59,840 nt of DNA from Planctomycetota bacterium (GTDB taxonomy: Bacteria; Latescibacterota; UBA2968; UBA8231): contig JBLHGI010000002.1 of assembly GCA_047616505.1 (NCBI GenBank), positions 1 to 59,840 of the forward strand, written 5' to 3'. The notes beneath the pieces were generated by a model. The model saw only the letters and a list, made by a program, of their open reading frames with translations, ran no database searches and was not told the origin of the DNA. A program made the position numbers and the translations under genes. The first letter of the stretch is position 1. Every line of letters begins with the position of its first letter. Below, piece after piece: positions 51,491 to 59,840 of this stretch.

Positions 51491-52317
51491 CCACGATCTC
51501 TTTTCAGTGCCACCGGCCGATAGATCCGCGTCAGCTTATAGCCCGTGACCAGCAGTGGACCGACGATCCATACGGCGAGCATGGCGCTAGCCGCCGCGAA
51601 ACCGACGCCGCGCGCATAGAGCAGTGATTCGACTTGTTCGGGGAAAAAGTGTAGATAGCTAAGCAGGCGATAGCTGCCCAGCGGGTTGACGATGATCAGC
51701 GCATTAACTAACTCATCGGGCACATCGCCCTGCGTTGCAGCCAAGATGCCAACGACCAGAAAGTCGAGTAAAACCGCCAGCAATAGCCACGTCCCTATAC
51801 ACATCGACACGACGGTGCTGCGATTGAGACTCGCACTCGATACGAGCAATCCCACCGAGACGACGGCGCTCCCCAAAAGGGCACTATGCGACAACAGGAC
51901 GATAAATTCTCCAGCACTACCGCCAACGGCGACAAAGGCCATAGCCTGTAGAGCCAGACTCGGCACCAGCGCCACCGTCAAGCTAGCAAAGAGCCCAATC
52001 CACTTGCCAATTAGAAAACTCCACCACGGTACCCCCAGGGCCAAATGCACGTCGAACATGCCGCTTTCGCGCTCGGCCAACACCGCGTCATAGGCGATCA
52101 ACAAACCCAACAGCGGCACGATATAGAGCTGCAGGTGCACCAGCGACACCAGCACCGTATCCTGCCCGATCTGCCCCGATGCAAAAGAAAACCCGTACGA
52201 ACCCACCGCCCATGACAGAAGCGCACAGACGAGCCCCATAATTACTATCCACCAGCTCTTGAGATTGGCGATCAGCTCTTTATAGGCGACATAAACCGTC
52301 GTTACCCAGTGCGTCAT
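51487..52317 (-). CDS. nosY: NosY ABC-2-type permease
   Basis: 276-aa six-helix membrane protein. ATGA overlaps on both sides, with nosF and nosL. Confidence 0.85.
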   Translation of the reverse strand: MTHWVTTVYVAYKELIANLKSWWIVIMGLVCALLSWAVGSYGFSFASGQIGQDTVLVSLVHLQLYIVPLLGLLIAYDAVLAERESGMFDVHLALGVPWWSFLIGKWIGLFASLTVALVPSLALQAMAFVAVGGSAGEFIVLLSHSALLGSAVVSVGLLVSSASLNRSTVVSMCIGTWLLLAVLLDFLVVGILAATQGDVPDELVNALIIVNPLGSYRLLSYLHFFPEQVESLLYARGVGFAAASAMLAVWIVGPLLVTGYKLTRIYRPVALKRDRG

Positions 52318-53249
52318 GCGTTCTCTCCCGGGCTTTGAGCGCGAACGCCAACCTTGCCATTGGCCGAGAATCCAGATGGATCAGCGCTCATATGTAGATA
52401 GAGGTCGTCTAGGCTAGCATGATGCACCTCTATATCGCCGACTTCGATAGACGGCTCTGAGACGAGCTGCAACAAATGGCCCACTTGTTCGCGTTCTAAG
52501 ATAATATCCAATCCACCATCACTTTCTTGCACTTGCCAAGAGCGCGCCCGCGCGCTATCGCCTAACGCTGCTGCTCCGATGACCTGCCGCAAAATTACGC
52601 GACTCATCAGACCAGCGGCATGCATCAACTCAGCGCAGGGACCACTGGATGCAATCTTGCCCTGACGCAAAAAGGCCGCGTGCGTTATACGCCCTTCTAT
52701 TTCGGCCAGCAAATGCGAAGAGAGCACAATGGCCGCACCGGATTGCGCGCGCTCTTGTAATATCTCGTAGAATTTGCTGATACCGCGCGGATCGAGCCCA
52801 TTCGTCGGCTCGTCGAGCACCAATAGGTCGGGGTCGCCAATAATCGCCTGCGCCAGTCCCAGCTTCTGTTTCATGCCCTTCGAATAGGCGCCGACCTTCT
52901 TGTCGCGCGCTGCTTCCAGCCCAACTCGCTCTAAAGTCTCGGCCTGCCTCTCTTCGCTAGCGCCGCTATAGCGCGCAAAATAGCCCAGGACCTGTGCGCC
53001 GCTCAAATAGGGATACCACTGACAGTTTTCAGGCATATAACCGACGTGCGGCCGGCCATCGCGCGCGAGTAGTTGTCCATTATTAGGCCGCAAAATACCA
53101 GCGAGAATTTTGAGCAGCGTGCTCTTGCCCGAGCCATTTTCGCCTATCAGCCCGAGGATGCTGCCGCGCTCTACCGACAGACTCACGCCGCGCAGCACTT
53201 CTTCGCGCCCATAGCGCATGTACACCCCATCTAAACAACACAATTCCAT
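52314..53249 (-). CDS. nosF: NosF ABC ATPase
   Basis: Walker A GENGSGKST, signature YSKGMKQK, Walker B LLVLDEPTNGLD. Positioned between nosD and nosY. Confidence 0.9.
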   Translation of the reverse strand: MELCCLDGVYMRYGREEVLRGVSLSVERGSILGLIGENGSGKSTLLKILAGILRPNNGQLLARDGRPHVGYMPENCQWYPYLSGAQVLGYFARYSGASEERQAETLERVGLEAARDKKVGAYSKGMKQKLGLAQAIIGDPDLLVLDEPTNGLDPRGISKFYEILQERAQSGAAIVLSSHLLAEIEGRITHAAFLRQGKIASSGPCAELMHAAGLMSRVILRQVIGAAALGDSARARSWQVQESDGGLDIILEREQVGHLLQLVSEPSIEVGDIEVHHASLDDLYLHMSADPSGFSANGKVGVRAQSPGENA

Positions 53250-53251
53250 AC

Positions 53252-54469
53252 TCAGCGCCTCATCGCTAGCGGATTTACCATCAGCGGCCGCTCCTCTAAA
53301 ACGCCGGGGGGACGCATCACCGGAAACTGGGCCTCTAACCCCTGTAAGAGCAGCATCGCCGGCGAGTGCAGAACCAAACGCACAGCGGGAAAACGCCCCA
53401 CGAGATAGGCGGCAATATCACTCGGGTAGTGCCGCTTGTCGCCCACGCCATCGCCGTTGCGGTCCCAACCAACGTAGTCGCTCCAATAATTCCCGCTCCA
53501 AACCAGCGACGTATGATTCTGATAGTTTAGCTGCTGGCGATTATCGACAAAGGCATTACCCGCTACCAAGTTTTCGGGAGAATCCGAGACCAGTATGCCA
53601 ATTTCGTTAGCCGCGACGAGGTTGCCCCGCAGTGTATCAAAGCTGCAGCCGCTGAAGAAAAAACCGTCCTGACTGCTCTGCGTATCGTTGGCTTCAATTC
53701 GGCTATTGTAGAGGTTGCGCAGGAGAATGCCGTGCGTGTGGCTGGCGCGCACTTCGTTTTCGAGAACTTGTATGCCCTTCGAATACATCAGTGCAATACC
53801 GACCGACGAGCTATCCGTATAGTTGCCGACGACTCTGTTGTGATGCGAGTACATATAGTGGATGGCAAAGCGCGTGCGGTGAATGCGGTTGCGCGCGATC
53901 AGGCAGCCCGTCGAATTGGAAATGTAGACACCGTCGCGCCCTTTCTCTATATAATTATCGAGCACCGCGCCGTTTTTTACGTTGAAGAGATGGATGCCGT
54001 TGCCCAGATCGGATATAATGGCCTCGTCGTCGCGCCCCTCGACGCGGCAGCCTGCGATATGGGGCTCGTCTGCCGCATCGACCCAGATGCCAAAACCGCT
54101 TCGGTCTATTTGCACGCCGATAATGCGCGCGCCATCGGCCTCGCGATCGACCCAAATACCACTATGCTTGCCGCTCACGTCTGTGCCGCTGCCCGTCACG
54201 CGCAGATTCTCCACCGAGATCGCAGCGGCCATCAGCGCCAGCGTATGCCCCGAACCACCGCCGTCGACAACCGTTCCGACCCCTTGCCCGCGGATCGTCA
54301 GCGCCTTGTCGACGCGTGCACTGCCATAGTGCCCAATGCTCAAATCTAACGTATCACCAACGGCCGCCGCATCGACGAGTGCCTGTAGGTCTAGCGGCGC
54401 ACTAAGCGCGACACTAACACTTACGAGCACACAGAACAGGCTAAGAAGCAACGCGGTCGCCTTCTTCAT
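53252..54469 (-). CDS. nosD: NosD periplasmic parallel-beta-helix copper-maturation protein
   Basis: Signal peptide and repeated right-handed beta-helix units (GIWVD.., NGIHLF.., FAIHYMYS.., HGILLRN..). Operon position after nosR. Confidence 0.9.
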   Translation of the reverse strand: MKKATALLLSLFCVLVSVSVALSAPLDLQALVDAAAVGDTLDLSIGHYGSARVDKALTIRGQGVGTVVDGGGSGHTLALMAAAISVENLRVTGSGTDVSGKHSGIWVDREADGARIIGVQIDRSGFGIWVDAADEPHIAGCRVEGRDDEAIISDLGNGIHLFNVKNGAVLDNYIEKGRDGVYISNSTGCLIARNRIHRTRFAIHYMYSHHNRVVGNYTDSSSVGIALMYSKGIQVLENEVRASHTHGILLRNLYNSRIEANDTQSSQDGFFFSGCSFDTLRGNLVAANEIGILVSDSPENLVAGNAFVDNRQQLNYQNHTSLVWSGNYWSDYVGWDRNGDGVGDKRHYPSDIAAYLVGRFPAVRLVLHSPAMLLLQGLEAQFPVMRPPGVLEERPLMVNPLAMRR

Positions 54470-56510
54470 ATTTCTCCCAGATCTCGATCTTTAACAACGG
54501 CGGACAGACCTCTTCATCGCTCATCGTATTCGTGCACTCCAAACAGCCGAAACAGGTCTTGGGATCGATCTCACCCTGCGCATTAATGGCTCGCGTCGAA
54601 CAACCCTTGGCGCAAATATTACAGGTAGTGCAGAAGTTTCGCCGCGGCAGTCTGAATATTTGAAAACGAGACAGAATAGCCAAATAAGCACCCAGCGGAC
54701 ACAGATAACGACAGAAGAAACGCACCGTAACGGCACCCATAATAAATAGCCATGACCAATAGAGCACCAGATACCAGGGCCTATTCGTCACGCCCACTAA
54801 CCAGGTCGTCTTAAAAGGTTCTATCTCGGCTAACATCTCAGCCAAGTTGAGCGAAAAAAGCGACACGGTCAAAAGCGAGACGAATATAAAGTAAGGGAGA
54901 TACTTCAAACGGTCGTGCCAACTAGCGGGCATCTCATATAACTTGTGCCATTTTTTTGGCACGAGTTTGTTGCGCACAAAATGCGTCAACTCCAACATGC
55001 CACCGTAGGGGCATATCCAGCCGCAGAAAGGACCGCGCCCCCATAACAACGTGCCCACCGTAATCATAAGCCAAGAGACAAAGAGAAATGGTTCCGTCAG
55101 AAAGAGCCCCAAACCGCTGCCCGAGCGCAGCACATCGACAAAGGTGAAAATATTGACAACAGACGGCTGCCCCTTCTGCCCAATGCCGAGCAGTAGAATC
55201 GAACAAGCGATAATAGCTAGGTGGAAATACTCGAGGAATTTGCGATTTTTCGAGATGCGCTCGCGCAGCGCAAAGGAGAGCAAAACAATCGCCCACAGCG
55301 CGATATAGAGACCGATCCACACCTTTTTCCCAGACCAAATGCGCGCCGCCATAGAGGGGCTAGTCAATTCGCCAAAGGCAGCGGGTGGAGCGATGACGTA
55401 TTCTGCGGGCATTTCGTAGGGCACCTTGAAGTGCATAAATTTTTTTGATTTAGACGTCTCGTGACTGCGCTCCGTCACCAGCACTTCCAACTCCCAGGGC
55501 AGCGCGCCATTAAAAGCGTCATTGGGCACGATATAAATTGCTTTTTCACCTATATGCGGCGCATCTTCTAAAACGATGCGAAACTGGTAGTGATAGTCGC
55601 TGTCGCGAAAGCGAATAATCTCCAAGCCCTGCGTCAGCTGCAAACGATCAAAAATGCCGCCGCGCACAAAGCCCGAACCGCGAAAAGAGAAACTGCCATT
55701 ATTGAGTATCACCAACAGCGCCTTGCCCGGATGCGATGCCATCAGCGCTTGGTACGCCTCTTCGCCCAATAGGTTCGCACCCAGCGAGGGCTGGTTGAGA
55801 ATGCCGACATAGAGGTCCAGCCAATCGTCTTCATTCGCATACTCCTGGCCGCGCACCTCGGCGGCGCTCAGCGACACGTGCTCTAAGAGCCCCTTGCCCA
55901 TTAATTGCTGCCAGCCCAACATCTCCATCTGCTCGCTAATACGCGCTTTAGTCTTTCCCCCGACGGCTAGCAGCCCAATTTCCTGTGCCACGATCTTTGC
56001 CGCCGTAAATACAACTTGATCAGCCACCAATGCCGTCACGGTTGCCCCCGATACACCATCGAGCAAAATCTTCGACTCGCCGGCTATATTTTCCAAGAGC
56101 AGATCTTCTATATGCCGCCCTTCGAATTGGTCGATATAATCGTGTAAGACTTTCTCGGGGATTCCGACTAACAAGATGGGCTCGTGATGATCCATGAGGT
56201 CGGCGCGTTCAATGGTGCCAGTAGCGGAGAGAGCTACTAAAATCTCCAGTGGTTTGCCCGAATAGGCCACCATGTCCACGAACTCATGCGTGAGAAAAAC
56301 AAAACCAACTCGCTCCCCGTCCACGCGCGCTTCCATCACTGGCTTACCGGCCATTTCTATAGCCTGCCATTGCGCTCCGGCAAAGACGTCGGGAACATGC
56401 TCTTGCGGCAGACAAATAGGACGACCATCGCGCAGTTCAAGATGGGATACCGCTTCAACAGGAAGGGCAGTCGCTAGCAGTCCCAGCAGGCACGCAAGGG
56501 CAATAGACAT
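54441..56510 (-). CDS. nosR: NosR membrane flavo-iron-sulfur protein
   Basis: Periplasmic FMN-binding domain with flavinylation motif LLDGVSGATVTA, a polytopic region with CGWICPYG and CRYLCPLG motifs, and C-terminal ferredoxin motifs CTTCNICAKGC and CFGCLEC..CPP. Confidence 0.9.
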   Translation of the reverse strand: MSIALACLLGLLATALPVEAVSHLELRDGRPICLPQEHVPDVFAGAQWQAIEMAGKPVMEARVDGERVGFVFLTHEFVDMVAYSGKPLEILVALSATGTIERADLMDHHEPILLVGIPEKVLHDYIDQFEGRHIEDLLLENIAGESKILLDGVSGATVTALVADQVVFTAAKIVAQEIGLLAVGGKTKARISEQMEMLGWQQLMGKGLLEHVSLSAAEVRGQEYANEDDWLDLYVGILNQPSLGANLLGEEAYQALMASHPGKALLVILNNGSFSFRGSGFVRGGIFDRLQLTQGLEIIRFRDSDYHYQFRIVLEDAPHIGEKAIYIVPNDAFNGALPWELEVLVTERSHETSKSKKFMHFKVPYEMPAEYVIAPPAAFGELTSPSMAARIWSGKKVWIGLYIALWAIVLLSFALRERISKNRKFLEYFHLAIIACSILLLGIGQKGQPSVVNIFTFVDVLRSGSGLGLFLTEPFLFVSWLMITVGTLLWGRGPFCGWICPYGGMLELTHFVRNKLVPKKWHKLYEMPASWHDRLKYLPYFIFVSLLTVSLFSLNLAEMLAEIEPFKTTWLVGVTNRPWYLVLYWSWLFIMGAVTVRFFCRYLCPLGAYLAILSRFQIFRLPRRNFCTTCNICAKGCSTRAINAQGEIDPKTCFGCLECTNTMSDEEVCPPLLKIEIWEKYEEGDRVAS

Positions 56511-56609
56511 AACGCAATAACTCTTTCTTAGAATGGGGACAGAATAAACATAAGCACAGCAGCGCCGCGCGCGGCAACCAAGACCGCACGCGACGTGCTA
56601 TATAGCAAC

Positions 56610-58472
56610 TTAACTGACGATAAAACGGCCGCGCATTTCGAGGTGAAGCGCGTGACAAAACCACGGACAATAAAACCAGTAGACGCCCACCTTATCAGCC
56701 GTAAATGTAGCTGAAACCGTCTCCTGGGGAGCAATGCCGAAGTTTATATCATAGTGCGATAGATTGAAACCATGACATAAATCGTCGACCATATCGAGGT
56801 TCGTCAAGACCATCGTCACCTCGTCGCCCTTCTTTACGCGAATCTCGCCTAGACCGAAGGTAGGAGCGACGCTCGTCATAAAGACCGTCACCTTATTGCC
56901 TTCGCGGAAGACCTGATTCGTCGCCTCCAATTGGACACCGTGTTTCTCCGCCAACTTGCGTTCGAAATCAAACTTGGCGTCCGTGCGATCCCAGCGCTTC
57001 TTGGGCTGGAACGGACCGAGCGATGCGATGATGGCATCGTGTGGCTCAGAGTGGGTAGGCGAGTCGTGTACGATCTTCATCTTCTCACCCGAGACATCGA
57101 CGAGCTGTTCATTTTCCGGATGGAATGGCCCCACCGACAGGAAGCGATCCTTGGCAAATTTATTAAGCGCTATCAACCACTGGCCATCGGCCTTCTTGGT
57201 CTCGCTATTGGAAGCATTGATATGGCCGATCTGGTAGTGAATATCGAGTTTGTCGAGGATCGGATTTTCACCGGCCACCGCCTTGGCAATATCCCACTTG
57301 ACCACAGCCGAATCCAAGAACAGCGACGTATAGGCATTGCCGCGGCCATCAAAGGCCGTATGTAGCGGTCCCAAGCCCACTTCTGGCTCGGCGACTACGC
57401 AGTCGCGCGGTTTGATCTGGCCGGCAAAAGCGGCATCTATCTTTTGCAAGTCCACCACCGAACAAGTCGGCGATAGCTTGCCCGAGCAGATGGCGTAGCG
57501 CCCCGTCGGGTCTACGTTGACACCGTGCGGGCTTTTCGGGATCGGGATATAGAGCGTATAGGGATTGCCCTCTACGCGGCCATCGATGACGGGGACCTTC
57601 GAATCACCGATAGTAAAGGTCTTGCCAGCGGCCACCGCCTTTTCGATCTCGGCGATATTAAACACGACTAACCAGTCCCGGTCGTTGCCCATCATCTCGG
57701 CCAAACTCATGCCGCCCTCGCTGTTGTAGCAAGTGCCCATCGAGTATTTGCCCTCGTAGTCCGTCGCACACAAATCTAGATTGCCCTTAATGGCGACCTG
57801 CCACTTCACCGTCATTTCCTTGGCATCGATGCAGGTGTGCAGCGCCACATAGGATTCCAAGTCGTCGGCCGTCTGACCATTATTATCGATCGGCGTGGCA
57901 AACTCCGCATTGCAGTAGACATCTTTCAGCGTATGGCGCGATGGAAAAATGCCGTGCGTGCCCTGACAGTTGGGAATCTCGACAATGGCGTCGGTCTCCA
58001 TATAATCCAAGCGAATTCGCGCCAAACGAGCATGCGACTTGTCATTTACAAAGCCGTATTGTCCATCGTACCAACCGTCTTTGTAGGACAGGTGAAAGTG
58101 GTGCGTATCACCGGTCTTATACTCGCCGATAAGCTTCTTGCTATGATTGGTGATCCCATGGCCATAGGTGCAGTCAAAATTGAAGACGGGAACGCGTTTG
58201 AGCACACGCATCGACGGAATTCCGAGAATGCGCACCTCGCCGCTCTGACCACCTGACCAGAAGCCATAATAATCATCGAGTTCACCCGGCGGCACGTGAG
58301 GCGAATGCCCCTTAGCCGCACCCTGCGCTTCGACTGGCGCTACCGCACCGCCAACCAAGGCCGTTGCCGACAGAGCCAAACCGCCAAGACCACCCATTTT
58401 GAGCATGTCGCGCCGCGACACCCCTTCCTTCTTTTCTTGCTCGTGCTCTTTTCCTTGTTCTTGTTCTTTCAT
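56610..58472 (-). CDS. nosZ: Nitrous-oxide reductase NosZ, Tat-dependent (clade I-type leader)
   Basis: Twin-arginine leader SRRDMLKMGGLGGLALSA, seven-bladed propeller region, and C-terminal CuA site YCPWFCHALHLEM. RBS GGAGGG lies 5 nt upstream. Confidence 0.97.
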   Translation of the reverse strand: MKEQEQGKEHEQEKKEGVSRRDMLKMGGLGGLALSATALVGGAVAPVEAQGAAKGHSPHVPPGELDDYYGFWSGGQSGEVRILGIPSMRVLKRVPVFNFDCTYGHGITNHSKKLIGEYKTGDTHHFHLSYKDGWYDGQYGFVNDKSHARLARIRLDYMETDAIVEIPNCQGTHGIFPSRHTLKDVYCNAEFATPIDNNGQTADDLESYVALHTCIDAKEMTVKWQVAIKGNLDLCATDYEGKYSMGTCYNSEGGMSLAEMMGNDRDWLVVFNIAEIEKAVAAGKTFTIGDSKVPVIDGRVEGNPYTLYIPIPKSPHGVNVDPTGRYAICSGKLSPTCSVVDLQKIDAAFAGQIKPRDCVVAEPEVGLGPLHTAFDGRGNAYTSLFLDSAVVKWDIAKAVAGENPILDKLDIHYQIGHINASNSETKKADGQWLIALNKFAKDRFLSVGPFHPENEQLVDVSGEKMKIVHDSPTHSEPHDAIIASLGPFQPKKRWDRTDAKFDFERKLAEKHGVQLEATNQVFREGNKVTVFMTSVAPTFGLGEIRVKKGDEVTMVLTNLDMVDDLCHGFNLSHYDINFGIAPQETVSATFTADKVGVYWFYCPWFCHALHLEMRGRFIVS

Positions 58473-58520
58473 CGATCCCTCCTATGTACTATGCGCATAG
58501 CTTATGAGGTGATACATGTA

Positions 58521-58556
58521 ATTTTATAAAAAGACTATTTTATCTTTTTATAAAAT
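58521..58556. promoter_or_regulatory. Perfect 14-bp inverted repeat (ATTTTATAAAAAGA-N8-TCTTTTTATAAAAT) in the nosZ / cytochrome c divergent control region
   Basis: Read directly. It lies 49-84 nt upstream of the nosZ ATG. Confidence 0.5.
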
Positions 58557-58581
58557 CCTATACACTGCGATGGAACTAGTT

Positions 58582-58595
58582 TTGCTATTTCTCAA
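58582..58595. promoter_or_regulatory. Weak FNR/DNR-type box candidate TTGCT-N4-CTCAA
   Basis: Matches 8 of 10 positions of the TTGAT-N4-ATCAA consensus, keeping the TTG-N8-CAA core. Centred about 116 nt upstream of the nosZ ATG. Confidence 0.3.
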
Positions 58596-58940
58596 GCAAT
58601 GGCAAAACTCGTGCCTTGACGAAAGCTCTGCGGCTTTAAAAGAATCGATACGAGGGTAGTAATGAGGTTTTTATTGAAGGAAGTGGTTGGAAATGCGTAG
58701 TTTCGCGGTGAATACCGTCGATATCTTTTGTATTTTATGCCATGAGATCCACCCCAACAGCAGCAGGAGATAGCAAGCCGATCACGGCTATAGGCAAAAT
58801 AATATTCAACCTGAGGCACATAAGTCTCTTCGCTTTACCAATAAGCGAGACACCATTAGCTCTATTAAAAAGATAAAACATGATTTCTATCCATCACTCT
58901 CTTGAAAAAGAGTCCCATTCCCCCCAAGAAACGAGGCTTT

Positions 58941-59792
58941 ATGTCTTTTTTTAAGGAAAGTGTTCCCGTTGCAATACCCATTCTGATCAGTCTGGGTTTT
59001 ACGTTTGGCGTGCATAGTTATTCCAAAGCGGACACGACGCAGCGCCTAGAGCAAGTCGCCCTTAAAAAAACGCAACAAGAAGAGGCACAGGCCCAGCGAA
59101 AAGCAGCTTTTAACGAAGACTTAAGCGCCAACGTAAAGGCCGCGGACACGCGCGATGCAAAAATAACGGCGCAAGAAAATGCCAAAAAGAAAGAGGCGGA
59201 AAAAGTCGCTGTCGTCGCCGCACTACCCGGCGACCCCGCCAAGGGCAAGGGAAACTACATGACCTGCATGGCCTGCCACGGTCTAAAAGCGGAGGGACAG
59301 CGCATGCTCAACGCTCCCCGCCTCGCCGGGCAGACTCCGTGGTATGTCAAACGACAGTTATTCAAGTTCAAAGAAGGCGTGCGCGGAGTACACCCGCAGG
59401 ATGTATTGGGCATGCAGATGGCCCCGATGGCCAAGTTACTCTTTAACGACGCGGCCATCGATAATATCGTAGCTTATATGGCTACGCTGGATCCCGGTAA
59501 ACCGGCCGACCGCGGCAAGGGCGATCCAGCCAAAGGCAAGGAATCTTTTGCCATTTGTGCCACTTGTCACGGCCCCAAAGCCCAGGGCAACGAAGTGCAA
59601 AAAGCCCCCAAGCTAACCGGCCAGCACGCCTGGTACTTGGCCAGGCAACTGAAGAATTTCAAAGAGGGCGTGCGCGGCACGCACGCGCAGGATGAAGAAG
59701 GCCATCTCATGGGCCCCATGGCCAGAACGCTGCAAGACGCCGCCGCGATTGACGATCTAATTGCCTATATACAATCGCTGAGCGAAGAATAA
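58941..59792 (+). CDS. Membrane-anchored dihaem c-type cytochrome (cytochrome c4-like)
   Basis: N-terminal TM helix, a Lys/Ala/Glu/Gln-rich linker, and two class-I haem domains with CMACHG..MAPMA and CATCHG..MGPMA plus LAGQ..W/Y motifs. The ATG at 58941 has GAGG upstream; an alternative TTG lies at 58902. Confidence 0.85.
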   Translation: MSFFKESVPVAIPILISLGFTFGVHSYSKADTTQRLEQVALKKTQQEEAQAQRKAAFNEDLSANVKAADTRDAKITAQENAKKKEAEKVAVVAALPGDPAKGKGNYMTCMACHGLKAEGQRMLNAPRLAGQTPWYVKRQLFKFKEGVRGVHPQDVLGMQMAPMAKLLFNDAAIDNIVAYMATLDPGKPADRGKGDPAKGKESFAICATCHGPKAQGNEVQKAPKLTGQHAWYLARQLKNFKEGVRGTHAQDEEGHLMGPMARTLQDAAAIDDLIAYIQSLSEE

Positions 59793-59840
59793 CAGCTCAG
59801 CCACAGACAAAAACGACCGGCTTTCCCAGAGCGGAAAGCC

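Noticed and set aside
1-59840. CRISPR arrays, IS elements/transposases, prophage genes, toxin-antitoxin pairs and known defence-system signatures
   Set aside because: I saw no spaced direct-repeat arrays, no DDE/serine/tyrosine recombinase motifs and no obvious nuclease/ATPase defence pairs in any listed ORF.

Overview
This is a 59.8-kb, gene-dense chromosomal segment from a diderm (Gram-negative) bacterium. Coding regions are GC-rich and most genes lie on the minus strand. I saw no rRNA, CRISPR array, transposase or integrase. Taxon cannot be assigned from this window; the sulfatase, GH5, PhyH and amidohydrolase content suggests an aquatic heterotroph.

Contents in order:
- 1-3.9 kb: a tightly coupled operon encoding an Omp85-like outer-membrane protein, a secreted kinase-fold protein and a TLC (ATP/ADP-translocase-like) transporter that runs off the left edge.
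- 4.0-13.9 kb: an RND efflux operon (permease, adaptor, and a TolC protein with an N-terminal periplasmic-binding-protein-like domain), preceded by a Yip1-like membrane protein and an orphan multi-TM histidine kinase.
- 14-25.5 kb: MATE transporter, frameshifted GNAT remnant, SGNH esterase, leaderless GGT-like protein, heterodimeric ABC exporter pair, small hypothetical, flavin amine oxidase and a GH5 glycosidase.
- 25.6-30.9 kb: a five-gene operon of two FliN-like proteins, FliG, FliM and an unrecognisable 726-aa protein.
- 31.2-35 kb: XRE regulator plus thioredoxin, PhyH-family dioxygenase, amidohydrolase and an enolase-superfamily dehydratase.
- 35.0-36.8 kb: tRNA-Glu(CUC) with promoter and terminator, two lower-GC probable gene remnants and a GNAT.
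- 36.9-44.9 kb: two paralogous amidohydrolases and a five-gene Opp/Dpp-type peptide ABC importer.
- 45.1-46.1 kb: a gene-decay patch (sulfatase pseudogene, M14 carboxypeptidase remnant).
- 46.2-50.8 kb: a double-CDGSH Fe-S protein, FAD oxidoreductase, MBL-fold hydrolase and HpcH-type aldolase.
- 51.0-59.8 kb: a Tat-type nitrous-oxide reductase cluster nosZ-nosR-nosD-nosF-nosY-nosL with a divergent membrane-anchored dihaem cytochrome c.

The most unusual feature is the stand-alone flagellar switch (C-ring) module at 25.6-30.9 kb. No other flagellar, stator, export or chemotaxis gene occurs anywhere in the window. The second candidate is the Omp85 / secreted kinase-fold / TLC transporter operon at the left edge. 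All functional calls rest on by-eye motif recognition; no database search was run.
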